A stretch of 64,000 nucleotides of DNA from a virus. Lineage: Duplodnaviria > Caudoviricetes. The notes beneath the pieces were generated by a model. The model was not told the DNA's origin. It saw only the letters and a list, made by a program, of their open reading frames with translations, and did no database searches. Shown here piece by piece: positions 54,676-64,000 of this stretch. Within the stretch, counting starts at the first letter, position 1; the number at the start of each line of letters is the position of its first letter. The stretch lies in IMG/VR virus record IMGVR_UViG_3300014204_000151, positions 1-64,000 of that record; one strand, written 5' to 3'. A program made the position numbers and the translations under genes.

Positions 54676-55115
54676 TATTCTACTCCAATTATAGAATTAC
54701 CATCTTTATCTATCTGCAATAATAATTTTCGATTATTTCCATTTTTATCATTATACTGAAGACCAATAAAAAAGAATACTTGAACATTATCATCTCCTAA
54801 AGTCATTACGTGGTGTTTAAAATATATTAACCTTATATTCTTTTTTTCTTCTTTAAAAAATTTATCGGATATATATTCTCCACCATTGTGAAAAATAATT
54901 CCTCGAAGAATTTCTACTGTAAAAGAAATATCCTGAGTTTTATGTTTAAGTGTAAAATATTTTAACTCATCAAACCTATGAATTACTTCTTGAAATTTAT
55001 GTTCTACACCATTTTCAAATTGATTTAAAAATTCTCGATTATTAAACTCTGCTACCCAATAAAAATTAGATACTATTTTTTCTTTATCAATAATTATGTC
55101 CATTGAATTGTTCAT
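54675..55115 (-). CDS. tail-operon hypothetical protein
   Basis: 146 aa, coupled. Confidence 0.65.
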   Translation of the reverse strand: MNNSMDIIIDKEKIVSNFYWVAEFNNREFLNQFENGVEHKFQEVIHRFDELKYFTLKHKTQDISFTVEILRGIIFHNGGEYISDKFFKEEKKNIRLIYFKHHVMTLGDDNVQVFFFIGLQYNDKNGNNRKLLLQIDKDGNSIIGVE

Positions 55116-55142
55116 TATATTCTTTCCTTTTTTTAATAAGTC

Positions 55143-55625
55143 TTAATATTCATCCCAGGAGATAGAGATTGTTTTAGTATTTAATCCCCCAGGGGGCGTT
55201 GAAGTTGTTGTTTGAAGCTGAATAACAATATACTTTGAATAACCAGGTGTAGTAAATTTTGTAGGATCGACTTCTCCACTCTCAATAGCTAAACCAGCTC
55301 CTTCACTCGTAGGAATAGCAGAAACCGCTTTAGTAGAAGTAACCGTTGTTGGAGTTGAAAATGTTTGATTTGCTATCGCTTTTACCACTTCTCCTGTTTT
55401 CAATACTCCCGCAGATTTCCAAATAACTAAGTTAGAAATCTCAGTAAAAGTACCAGAAAATTTAATTCTAACATACTTCTCATAAGCATTATTCCCAGCG
55501 GTTATTTTATAAGTTGCCGCCACCAAGTTAGCAGAATCGCTGTTTCCCATATTTAAATTAGTCAGTCCATCCGTAACCACTTCTCCTGCGGTATTCGATT
55601 CAGAAAATTGAACTGTTGCACTCAT
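55143..55625 (-). CDS. putative tail structural protein
   Basis: AGGAGAAGG RBS; S/T/G/A-rich beta protein ending SISWDEY. Confidence 0.7.
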   Translation of the reverse strand: MSATVQFSESNTAGEVVTDGLTNLNMGNSDSANLVAATYKITAGNNAYEKYVRIKFSGTFTEISNLVIWKSAGVLKTGEVVKAIANQTFSTPTTVTSTKAVSAIPTSEGAGLAIESGEVDPTKFTTPGYSKYIVIQLQTTTSTPPGGLNTKTISISWDEY

Positions 55626-55647
55626 AACCTTCTCCTTTTTTAAAAAT

Positions 55648-56223
55648 TTAACTTAATGTATAACTTGTAAAATTCCAAACATCTCCTGAAGTTAAATAAA
55701 CCTCGGTCAAAATCGGAGGGTCTATTTCTGAAATCACCCACAAATGACCGTTTTCGTCTTGACTTATTTTATTAGCATTAAATACTGTAGTCAAATCTAT
55801 GGTTTCTATATAAGCCCACGTTGTTCTATTATATTTTAATATTTTAGCATTGTTACCAGAAGTTAGTCCAGAAATTAAAATATAAATATAATCTGTATCC
55901 ATCACAAAATCAATAGCATCTTCATTTATTCCCACCGGCTTATTTATATAAGTAATATAAGAATAAGGATTTAATTTTAATGTTGTAAAAAATAATTTTG
56001 TTGCAGAACTATCTATTCCATAAACATAATTATCATCTACAACCAAATTAATTATATCATTAACTTCTACTGGAACATTAAAATAAATTGAATCTGGATT
56101 TAAAACTTCTACTTTTTTTAAATAAGTAGAATTATCTGAACCTAAAAATCCTAACCATAAATAGGTTCCATCAATACATAAACTTGATATTTTAGTTGAA
56201 TCAAAATTATATTGATTTTTCAT
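55648..56223 (-). CDS. putative tail protein (beta-propeller-like)
   Basis: Repeated D..Y.(W/Y) strands. Confidence 0.6.
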   Translation of the reverse strand: MKNQYNFDSTKISSLCIDGTYLWLGFLGSDNSTYLKKVEVLNPDSIYFNVPVEVNDIINLVVDDNYVYGIDSSATKLFFTTLKLNPYSYITYINKPVGINEDAIDFVMDTDYIYILISGLTSGNNAKILKYNRTTWAYIETIDLTTVFNANKISQDENGHLWVISEIDPPILTEVYLTSGDVWNFTSYTLS

Positions 56224-56236
56224 TTTTTATCCTAAA

Positions 56237-56866
56237 TTATTCTGTATATTTAACTACCCATACCGGCTGAGACAATCCAGAAGCAGATGCTGTTGCCGGA
56301 ATAATAATCTTAAAATTAATGTAACAAACTCCAGCAGCTCCTAACGCCCCATTTCCAGCATTTAAATTTATAAAATGGTCTGCGGTAGCCCCCGCCAACT
56401 TTTTACCAACCCAACCAGCTCCAGGCAAACCTCCAGTTGTACAAATACCATTATACCAACTGTTAGCAGGAGTTCCAGCTCCTAAAACTTCTAATAATGC
56501 ACTATTCAATCCACTATCATCCCAAATTTCTAAAGTTGGCTCTGAGGCTGTTGCTCCATCAAAAACAAAAGCAAAAACATACCTTTTGTTCTGATTTCCT
56601 GCATTATGTATTTCTTTTAAAATACCCTCACTTATATCAGCTAAGAAATATTTAGGAACTATTATTTCTGTTCCTGATAATAAAGCCGAAGCTTGTGTTA
56701 ATTCCGAAGCGGAAGGAATCGGCTCTCCATCGGCAACCGCATCACTTCCATTTGAGAAAACAAAATAATCATTAACCAAATCCATCTTAACCCAATCTAT
56801 ACCAGAAGTTCCATAAGGCGAATCGGATGTATCACAATTTACATATAAATCAACTAAAGTAGCCAT
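56237..56866 (-). CDS. putative tail structural protein
   Basis: GGAGG RBS; G/A/S-rich virion-like composition. Confidence 0.7.
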   Translation of the reverse strand: MATLVDLYVNCDTSDSPYGTSGIDWVKMDLVNDYFVFSNGSDAVADGEPIPSASELTQASALLSGTEIIVPKYFLADISEGILKEIHNAGNQNKRYVFAFVFDGATASEPTLEIWDDSGLNSALLEVLGAGTPANSWYNGICTTGGLPGAGWVGKKLAGATADHFINLNAGNGALGAAGVCYINFKIIIPATASASGLSQPVWVVKYTE

Positions 56867-56891
56867 TTTTTATTCCTCCTATTTATTTTTA

Positions 56892-57299
56892 TTAAAAAGC
56901 ATTTACTCTCAACGTACAGACGTATTCCATATAATTAGTCCTCAAATTATCAGGGGTATATTCTATTGGTAATATACGTTTAACATTATAAGTGTAAAAA
57001 GTTGAAACTGTTTTATTTATTTTAAGAACATATTTCGTATTTAATTGTATTGCGGTTTCCATCGCATCTATAAGAACAGTTAATGCCTCATAATCGTTTG
57101 CTAACATTACGCCCCGCAAAGTTAAATCCCAAGGAGTTTCTCCCCCATCAATAACAATAGAACCTTTTCCTCTCACATTTTTATGCTCTATTAAATTCTC
57201 TTCACTATGCGGATAATTTGCAGAAAAAACTACTGGAAAAGTATAAATTAAAGATACTCCGGTAGAATCATATAATTTAAAATAAACGGTTGTAGACAT
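56892..57299 (-). CDS. putative distal tail (Dit-like) protein
   Basis: Immediately downstream of the tape measure gene; GGAGG RBS. Confidence 0.55.
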   Translation of the reverse strand: MSTTVYFKLYDSTGVSLIYTFPVVFSANYPHSEENLIEHKNVRGKGSIVIDGGETPWDLTLRGVMLANDYEALTVLIDAMETAIQLNTKYVLKINKTVSTFYTYNVKRILPIEYTPDNLRTNYMEYVCTLRVNAF

Positions 57300-57310
57300 T
57301 TCTTTTCCTC

Positions 57311-60300
57311 CTAATGTTCCTCAATCTTCTCATCTATTTTTCTACTTAACTCACTTAATTTATCCGATAATGCTTTATTTATTTCTTTTTTTGTTTTTTC
57401 CATAATCATCTCAGCGTCATTTACTTTAACTTCAACTTTTACCGGAGCAACGTTTACTCCAATAACCCTATTTATAATTTGTTTATTTCTTTCTTCCGCA
57501 TATTTTTCAGGAAAAATTAATTGATTTTTTAAATTAGGATTATAAACCCGGCCTTCTAAATTTTTTTCATATAATTCTCTCGCCCGTTTTGATTGCTGTT
57601 GTCCATAAATATTAGGAGTTCTCTGCTCTGAAAAATAACGACTTGCTAACGCTTCTTCATATAAATTTTTATTTTCAGATTTAACTATTCTTCTTGCGGT
57701 TGTTGATAACTCTTCTATTGGCTTCATATTAGCAATAAAAGCAGAAACCTCTTGAGCTACATCTTTTCCATATTTCTTTGATATTTTCCACAACTCAACC
57801 AAATAAGCAGATTTTTTATTCTGATTATCCATTTCTTTAGTAAGAGCTTCTGCCAATCTTAACTTATCTACCATTATAGTTTTTAAATAACCCTCTCCCA
57901 ATAAAATAGACTTAGAAACCATCTCATTTTTAATTATCTGAGACTCCTCAGCACCTAATAACCTTAAAATATCAGACCTAACTCCTATTTGAGTTTTTGC
58001 TAATTCATTTGCTTCACCCTGTTTTTCTATTGTTATTTGAGATTCTAATTCTGATAATTTTAAATTTTTTTCATGCTCATCATAAACAAATTTTGATTCT
58101 TTTACTAATTGTTTTTCTAACTCCAATAATTCAGAAGTAGATTTTTGTCCTCTATTCTTCTCAACCCCCAATTTAGTGGCTATTGAAATCTGCTCCTCTT
58201 CTTTTTCTGTTAAATCGTTTGCATATTGTAGTTCTATTTTTTGTAACTCCTTTGCTTGATTCAATAAATCATTCTTCTTTTTCTTTTCTCTAACTTGTTT
58301 ATTTATTTCTTCTGATTGAAGTTTATCCAGTTCATTTAATTCTTTTTGTTTCTCAGCTTCACCAGCTCTTGCTTCTTTTGCAAGCGGAAGTTGTTTTCCA
58401 ACTCCTTTTAATAAGCCAGTTCCTTCTCGAAACTCCGCCTCTTTCCTAAATGCTTCTCTCTCCTTTTCTAATTGCTCCCGCTTTGGTTGATATTTTGCAA
58501 TTACATTTATAACAATTTCTTTTGTAGAAATAACTTTTGATAATTCATCTAACTTGTTATTAACAACATCTATATCAGAAGTATCAATATTTAATAATAA
58601 CGGAGATTTATTCTGCATTTTCTCTATATTTTCATTAACCAAATTCAATGCTTCTACATTTTCAGGAGTTTGTTTTGCTTTAGATAAAGATTTTCTTATT
58701 TTTAATAACTCCCTAAAATTAGCAATTTCTGATTTTTGAGTGTCCACCAACGTTTTTTCTTTTGCATAACCTTTTGTTAATTCTGCTTGATATACTTTAT
58801 AACTATTAATCAAAGTAACAAACCCAGAAACTAAACCATTCAAACTGTCTAAAGTCGATTTAAAAACCCCAGTATCCCCCATCACAACTGTAAGTAAATT
58901 CCAAGTTGAAGCCAGTTGTTTCATTTTATAAACCGTTGTTTCTGTAATAATACTTAAAGCTCTTTCAGATTGCCCGGCAGATGCTAAAGCCTCAACCCTT
59001 GCTAATAACGCATGATTATAATTTTGCATTAAAGCCAAAAATGGGGTCATCTGTTTTTTAGACGCAACCGATTGCGCTATGTCAAATTTTTGCTTTTCTG
59101 TTAGTGTTACCCAAACCCCCGATAAATCATCCAAAATATCAGTAATACTTCTATAGTCTTTTTTAACTTCATTTGTAGCTTTTCCTGTTGCATCTAAATA
59201 AAATGGAATTTTGGTAATAGATTCTATTGTCTTTTTTGCTATAGTATAAAATCTCGCATACATGAAATTTAAAGCGTTTCCCGCTGCTGTACCAGATTTT
59301 CTCGTAACCTCAATAATAGAAGTGATATGCCCCAAAAAAGCATCAATCGAAACCCCCAACTGATTTGCAGCCGCACCGGTGGTTTTGGTAGCATCTGCTA
59401 AATCTTGTGCAGTTACCGCAAACTGTCTTTCTACGTTAATCCACTTATCAATTATCATTATACTATTTTCTACGGGAATGTTAAAACCCTCTACAGCCGC
59501 TGTAAGATTGTTCACCGTAGTTTTTATATCAGTACCTAAAATCTGTGCCCCAATCATAGCAATTTTAGTTAATTGAATAGATTCAGCAACCGTCCTACCC
59601 TGTTGCGAGTTCCCAGACCAATGACAACGACCGCTCCTACGGACATATATAGAATTATACTTAGTAGTAACACAATATATTCTACCATTATATTTTATTT
59701 TTTTTAATCGTTTTTTTAACATTAAAAAATCTTTAGATAAACTTTCAATAATACAATATCCTAATGAATTTTTAAAACCACTGTACCTGGAATATAAATA
59801 AGCGTAATTACCACTTTTTAAAATTAATTCTTGTAAATCATTGGATAAATTTTTTGAAGACGTAAAATAACAATTAACATTGGTGGACATTTTTTGGCCA
59901 TCTCCTTTGACAAATGTATTTAAAAATACTTTAATTTGTCTGGAATCTGCCGATTTTAAAAAAGAAGGAATACACTTTGTATGTGAATTATAATTTACTC
60001 CAATATAACAATTTTTTCTTAAAAAATCTGCCAACTCTGTATTATTACATCCAATTGCTTTACAATTATTTCGTTTATCAGTTGAAATATGATATTTATA
60101 TCCCAATTTATTAAATAAAAAACAAATATTATCAACATTATCTGAATTTTTTTGATAAATTACAACTTCATTGGTTTTATGAATATATCCCTCAGATATA
60201 AACCATCCTAAGAATTGAATAAAATCATCAGTATAATTCTGATTTATACCAGACCATTCTATAGATTTTTTTATTCGCTCAGCCGAGCCAATATTTTCTA

Positions 60301-61048
60301 TTTTTTTAAATATATATTTATTATTTTTCCTATAATTTAATTGGCAAATCATATTATGGTTGGGGGTTACACAAAAATTCATTTTAGGAGTATCATATAA
60401 ATACATTTCCCCACTATATGGCTCATCAATATAAGCACTAACTTCCTGAAACGATTGAGATCCTAAATCTAAATCCCAACTCCACACCTTTTCTGTTTTA
60501 TCTAAATCTTTAAAATATTTCCATCCTTTGTCAGTAAATATTTCTGTTTTATCATCAAAACAAAAAGTCTTACTTGCCTCCAACGCCTCAGAAGCCGTAC
60601 TCCCATAAGCTTGGGCCAAACCAATCAAAGCTATTTTCATGTGGTCATATTCTTCAGCCGTTCCTTTTCCAACAATTTGAATATGAGCCATCGCGGTTTC
60701 CATTTCAACTAAAAATTTTATCTGCTCCTGAAATAGTTTTTGAATACTAACCATAACGGATCTCAACGCCATCCACACGGGAGCTACAATAACAGCTCTC
60801 CGCATCGCATTTATAAAATCATTACCTTTAGTTTTAGCTTTATCAGTTGCATTTCCTATATCTTTAAATGTTTCTTCTATTTGTTTTCCAGTAACCAATC
60901 CAGACTTATCAAAAGTAGTAATAACCTTAGTACTGGTGAGCTTTTTCATTGATTGGTCTATCTGATTTAAACCAGAAACAACTTGCTCTTTTCCATCTAA
61001 AGCTATCTTTATTTTTCCTAAAAATTCACCATTACTCGAAATAGCCAT
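57311..61048 (-). CDS. tape measure protein containing an intein
   Basis: 1245 aa helical; TMP-core-like (FEQ/AQQGR-type, SIIEVTRKSGTAAGNALNFMYAR); position after the chaperones. Confidence 0.88.
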   Translation of the reverse strand: MAISSNGEFLGKIKIALDGKEQVVSGLNQIDQSMKKLTSTKVITTFDKSGLVTGKQIEETFKDIGNATDKAKTKGNDFINAMRRAVIVAPVWMALRSVMVSIQKLFQEQIKFLVEMETAMAHIQIVGKGTAEEYDHMKIALIGLAQAYGSTASEALEASKTFCFDDKTEIFTDKGWKYFKDLDKTEKVWSWDLDLGSQSFQEVSAYIDEPYSGEMYLYDTPKMNFCVTPNHNMICQLNYRKNNKYIFKKIENIGSAERIKKSIEWSGINQNYTDDFIQFLGWFISEGYIHKTNEVVIYQKNSDNVDNICFLFNKLGYKYHISTDKRNNCKAIGCNNTELADFLRKNCYIGVNYNSHTKCIPSFLKSADSRQIKVFLNTFVKGDGQKMSTNVNCYFTSSKNLSNDLQELILKSGNYAYLYSRYSGFKNSLGYCIIESLSKDFLMLKKRLKKIKYNGRIYCVTTKYNSIYVRRSGRCHWSGNSQQGRTVAESIQLTKIAMIGAQILGTDIKTTVNNLTAAVEGFNIPVENSIMIIDKWINVERQFAVTAQDLADATKTTGAAANQLGVSIDAFLGHITSIIEVTRKSGTAAGNALNFMYARFYTIAKKTIESITKIPFYLDATGKATNEVKKDYRSITDILDDLSGVWVTLTEKQKFDIAQSVASKKQMTPFLALMQNYNHALLARVEALASAGQSERALSIITETTVYKMKQLASTWNLLTVVMGDTGVFKSTLDSLNGLVSGFVTLINSYKVYQAELTKGYAKEKTLVDTQKSEIANFRELLKIRKSLSKAKQTPENVEALNLVNENIEKMQNKSPLLLNIDTSDIDVVNNKLDELSKVISTKEIVINVIAKYQPKREQLEKEREAFRKEAEFREGTGLLKGVGKQLPLAKEARAGEAEKQKELNELDKLQSEEINKQVREKKKKNDLLNQAKELQKIELQYANDLTEKEEEQISIATKLGVEKNRGQKSTSELLELEKQLVKESKFVYDEHEKNLKLSELESQITIEKQGEANELAKTQIGVRSDILRLLGAEESQIIKNEMVSKSILLGEGYLKTIMVDKLRLAEALTKEMDNQNKKSAYLVELWKISKKYGKDVAQEVSAFIANMKPIEELSTTARRIVKSENKNLYEEALASRYFSEQRTPNIYGQQQSKRARELYEKNLEGRVYNPNLKNQLIFPEKYAEERNKQIINRVIGVNVAPVKVEVKVNDAEMIMEKTKKEINKALSDKLSELSRKIDEKIEEH
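59609..60562 (-). mobile_element. intein with LAGLIDADG endonuclease (318 aa)
   Basis: Begins CFDDKTEI; block B VTPNH; FLGWFISEG and FLNTFVKGDG; ends VYC-like RIYCVT...SGN followed by Ser(+1). Confidence 0.9.
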
Positions 61049-61389
61049 TATGATACCTCTTTTTTAAATTTTATAGTTCTCGCAGGAATTAAATGTATCT
61101 CTCTTTGCTTATCTTCTGGTTTATCTTTACTCTTATCCTTTTTCTTATAAACCACATAAGCTTCTGCATAAACATCATCCAATAAAACTTTATCACTTAC
61201 AGAATTGCTCATTACATCGGTTATTAAATTTTCATAGAAATATAAATAATTAATAAATACCTGTTGTATCTTCGATAAATCTAATTCATTATTAAATAAT
61301 CTAACTCCAAAAATCTCTCTACTCGCAGAGAATAAATTTTGAGTTTTATTTTCTTTAGCTAATTGTTTTAATCCGTCATAAATTTGCAT
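61048..61389 (-). CDS. putative tail assembly chaperone, downstream part
   Basis: Position directly before the tape measure gene. Confidence 0.55.
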   Translation of the reverse strand: MQIYDGLKQLAKENKTQNLFSASREIFGVRLFNNELDLSKIQQVFINYLYFYENLITDVMSNSVSDKVLLDDVYAEAYVVYKKKDKSKDKPEDKQREIHLIPARTIKFKKEVS

Positions 61390-61395
61390 AATCTA

Positions 61396-62025
61396 TTAAA
61401 ATTGTAATAACATCGAATTCATTCCAGCTTTATTTATCAATTCCTCATCCATATAATTATCAAATTCTTCTATAGACTTAAACATTCTTTCCCACTTTTC
61501 ATCTTTTAATGTATCTAACGATAAATAAGTTGTAATTGCCGCGGTATAATTCAAAAGCTGATTCTCAAGAGAAAATTCTAATAATAATGTTTTTTGAGTT
61601 TCTAATGTCTGCTTCTCTTTTATTAACTCATCTAATTGTTTTTTATATTCTTTCAAAATTAAATCAGATTCCTTTTTAGATAATGATTCTCCAAGTTTTA
61701 ACTGTACATCTAAAATTTTTGCTTGTAGTTTCTTCACGGGATTGTCTATCTCGGATTCTATATCAATTCCTTTTAATTTATAATTCTTAATGAGTTCTTT
61801 TTCCAATAAAATATCTTTATCCTGAAGAAGTTCTCCAAACTTTTTTCTTCGCAATCCATCCAATTCTATTTTTTCTTTATAAGATAATAAATGTACTCTA
61901 TATTTTAATTCGTTATGCTCAAAAATTATAAAATTGTTCTTAACCATCTCCGCTATTTCATTTAAATTTATTTCTTTATTCATAGATTCTACTATTTCTT
62001 TTGCTTCTACCATTCTATCTTCCAT
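61396..62025 (-). CDS. putative tail assembly chaperone
   Basis: Acidic helical protein between tail tube and tape measure. Confidence 0.6.
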   Translation of the reverse strand: MEDRMVEAKEIVESMNKEINLNEIAEMVKNNFIIFEHNELKYRVHLLSYKEKIELDGLRRKKFGELLQDKDILLEKELIKNYKLKGIDIESEIDNPVKKLQAKILDVQLKLGESLSKKESDLILKEYKKQLDELIKEKQTLETQKTLLLEFSLENQLLNYTAAITTYLSLDTLKDEKWERMFKSIEEFDNYMDEELINKAGMNSMLLQF

Positions 62026-62028
62026 ACA

Positions 62029-62253
62029 TTACTCCTTATTATCTATGCGGGTTTGTAATAAAATTTTTCCATCTGCAAAAATATCATACAGATTTCTACA
62101 CCACTCGTACTGTAGCTCCTTAATTGCTCGCTTGATGTCCTCTTTATTATCAGAAATCTCGAACCTCTTCATAGAAGTACCAATTAGTTTTTTACTCTCT
62201 TGATTTAAAATAAATTTAAATGTGTCTAAATTTATGGTAATTTTATTGTCCAT
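62029..62253 (-). CDS. hypothetical protein
   Basis: GGAG RBS before ATG62253 (more likely than the tracked GTG62280). Confidence 0.6.
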   Translation of the reverse strand: MDNKITINLDTFKFILNQESKKLIGTSMKRFEISDNKEDIKRAIKELQYEWCRNLYDIFADGKILLQTRIDNKE

Positions 62254-62415
62254 TGTAACTCCAAAAGCAAAAAAGCGCACCTTGAGCCATCGACCCAGTC
62301 AACGCCCTTAATGCGCTCTGCATAATTATGCTATTATTTTTAGAAATACCTAAATAATTATTCATTATAAATTCTCCATACAAAAACATTTTTCACCATA
62401 CATTTGAAACTTTGG

Positions 62416-62439
62416 GAGGGGAGAAATTAATCTCCCCTC
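62416..62439 (-). terminator. GC-rich hairpin after the tail tube gene (terminator or stabilizer)
   Basis: GAGGGGAGA-AATTAA-TCTCCCCTC; weak U-tract on the - strand. Confidence 0.45.
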
Positions 62440-62455
62440 TTAAAAAAACTATCAC

Positions 62456-63673
62456 TTATGAAAATACGATCTCACTTTCCTCATCACTAATAGTCATGTT
62501 GTCAGTAGTAAGAGAATTGGTCATTTTTCCATAATCCTGCTGTGCTTGAGAAGTTCCTAAAGACGCTGGAGAAATTCCGGTCATCAGGTATCCAATTTTG
62601 AATGTGGAATGTTCCTTCTCATTATAAACCTTAACCATAAGCTGAATATTATCCACAAAATCTCTTGGATTGATATAAGGATATGTTGGATCTCCTGCCA
62701 AAATTTCTTCCAAAGAAAAATTCTCGGCATACCTATCCAAAGAAATTGTTACCGTGGTATCTTTTACACCAAACTGAACCATTTCAGAATTACCAATCTC
62801 ACGATAATCAGTTCTGTCAAACTTTACATCCAATCCAACCGATTGAAGCCTGTATATTCTCTGAGAAGTACCAACTTTCATAAGAATTTCGCAGTTCTCG
62901 GCTATCAAAGCCGCTGGATCTGAATTGTTATCTGTCCACGTGGTTGTATAAGCTGTATCAGAAGGATAAAATACTTTTACAACATCTCCAAGTAAACAAC
63001 TTTGAACCGTAACCTTATGCGTAGAATTGCTATAAGCATAAGTATCATCACCAGTTCCTTCAGCAATTTCAGTTACCACTCCACTCCTAATTCTTAATAC
63101 TCTAAAAATATAATTAGTAGCAGTAAATAAAATAGCTATAGGAGATAATGTTACTTCCAAAGGAGCTTCTCCAGAAGTTACTGAAGTAGCAGTTTCATAA
63201 GAAAAATATTTTTCTGGTATGATTTTAAAATCTTCACCAACCAAATCAAATTTCCTCTGCATTATAGCATCAGGGGTGGAAACATTCAAAGAAAATCCAC
63301 TCACCCTAAGTTTTGGAAACCAAATACTTCCAACGAAAGTATCATTATCATCGGTCAAAAAAGCGGCCATCTCTGTTGCTGTAGACTTGAAATCATCTAA
63401 ATCAACATAGTGGTCATCCCCCGACCCCGGTGTTACCTTATTAGCTAAAGACCTCCAAAAAGACATTGACCCGTATTCTTCCTGAGTCATAGACCAAGTT
63501 AAATTCGGAGTCTTCTTTATCCATCCAACCAACTTCTCACGCCCAATTTCATTTACTTTTTCCCTATTCAAAGTCAAATCGCCACCAATGTCCTGAGACC
63601 TATCAATTTGTTCTGGCGGTCTGATTGAATTCCAGGGAAACACCCTCGGTTTGTAATATTTTGCATTAATCAT
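62456..63673 (-). CDS. major tail (tube) protein
   Basis: GAGGAGG RBS; 405 aa beta-rich, with a duplicated-looking fold and internal insertion; heads the chaperone-TMP block. Confidence 0.7.
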   Translation of the reverse strand: MINAKYYKPRVFPWNSIRPPEQIDRSQDIGGDLTLNREKVNEIGREKLVGWIKKTPNLTWSMTQEEYGSMSFWRSLANKVTPGSGDDHYVDLDDFKSTATEMAAFLTDDNDTFVGSIWFPKLRVSGFSLNVSTPDAIMQRKFDLVGEDFKIIPEKYFSYETATSVTSGEAPLEVTLSPIAILFTATNYIFRVLRIRSGVVTEIAEGTGDDTYAYSNSTHKVTVQSCLLGDVVKVFYPSDTAYTTTWTDNNSDPAALIAENCEILMKVGTSQRIYRLQSVGLDVKFDRTDYREIGNSEMVQFGVKDTTVTISLDRYAENFSLEEILAGDPTYPYINPRDFVDNIQLMVKVYNEKEHSTFKIGYLMTGISPASLGTSQAQQDYGKMTNSLTTDNMTISDEESEIVFS

Positions 63674-63802
63674 TTTTGAAAATCCTCCTCTGATTTTTTT
63701 AATGATTGGTTTCTACTCTTCTTCATAAGAGTATTTTTATCCTACCTTACATTTATTAAACATATAATTTATCTTTTCTATGTTTTATTAATACCATACA
63801 AT

Positions 63803-64000
63803 TTAATTTCCATGATTAGCACTACATCTCCCTTCCTGTTTGGCTATTCTTTCAGATGTGCGTTCTTGCCTATCTTCAATTCTAAGCAAAGAATCTTTAA
63901 TTTCTTTTTGATTTATAGCCATCTGAATCTTCATATCTTCTTGACTTTTTTGCAAATGGAGCATGTCGTTGAATTTGATTATACAGAAGCAAGCAACATT
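63803..64000 (-). CDS. 5'-truncated small protein, hydrophobic segment then coiled coil (holin-like/XhlA-like possible)
   Basis: ...NVACFCIIKFNDMLHLQK...ERIAKQEGRCSANHGN*. Confidence 0.5.
   Translation of the reverse strand, partial: NVACFCIIKFNDMLHLQKSQEDMKIQMAINQKEIKDSLLRIEDRQERTSERIAKQEGRCSANHGN

Noticed and set aside
61386-61400. Lambda G/GT-type programmed frameshift between the tail chaperones
   Set aside because: The two ORFs are in the same frame, separated by a double stop (TAA TAG), and no clear slippery heptamer is present.
62319-62332. dif site (GCATAATTATGC)
   Set aside because: It has the TAA/TTA arms but no 6-bp central spacer and no XerD arm.
444-62923. Short antisense or alternate-frame ORFs in the track (e.g. 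444-734, 4370-4639, 12804-13145, 18895-19296, 39639-40043, 52548-52811, 58554-58739, 62609-62923)
   Set aside because: They overlap well-supported genes, lack an RBS and show no motifs; they are expected shadows in AT-rich DNA.
1-64000. Diversity-generating retroelement or retron
   Set aside because: No reverse transcriptase motif (YxDD context) and no TR/VR pair with adenine-specific differences were found; the 40-bp repeats are exact.
1-64000. Stop-codon reassignment (code 15, 4 or 25)
   Set aside because: Long genes are intact under code 11, and TAA, TAG and TGA all terminate well-placed genes.

Overview
A 64-kb, strongly AT-rich (roughly 30% GC by eye) segment of a large tailed dsDNA phage; the host is probably Gram-negative but cannot be identified here. 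The + strand from 1 to ~50.3 kb is a dense early/middle region. It carries replication and recombination genes (RuvB, XerC-like recombinase, T4-RNase-H-like exonuclease, primase-helicase, Hjc, RecA, family-B DNA polymerase, RuvC, SbcCD-like pair), six DNA methyltransferases, many homing-type endonucleases, nucleotide-handling enzymes, a sigma-like factor, a tRNA, and a methyltransferase/glycosyltransferase/LicD cluster. The - strand from 50.5 to 64 kb is a tail morphogenesis operon (tail tube, chaperones, intein-containing tape measure, tail tip). No capsid, terminase, CRISPR array or reverse transcriptase is in the window. The most notable unexplained structures are: (1) a composite DNA element present three times (33.4, 42.4, 50.4 kb), made of two 27-bp quasi-palindromes plus an asymmetric box, with helically phased spacing; the copies are oppositely oriented across an apparent GC-skew inversion, and two of them bracket the glycosylation cluster; (2) a ~240-nt, densely base-paired candidate ncRNA with a loop-loop pseudoknot directly behind a phage promoter (6845-7086); (3) a CAT-anticodon tRNA with a class-II-like long variable arm; (4) a nine-copy promoter motif. 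Several apparent point lesions (frameshifts, an in-frame stop, an ATC start) may be biological or sequencing artefacts. All product names are from motif recognition only; no database searches were run.
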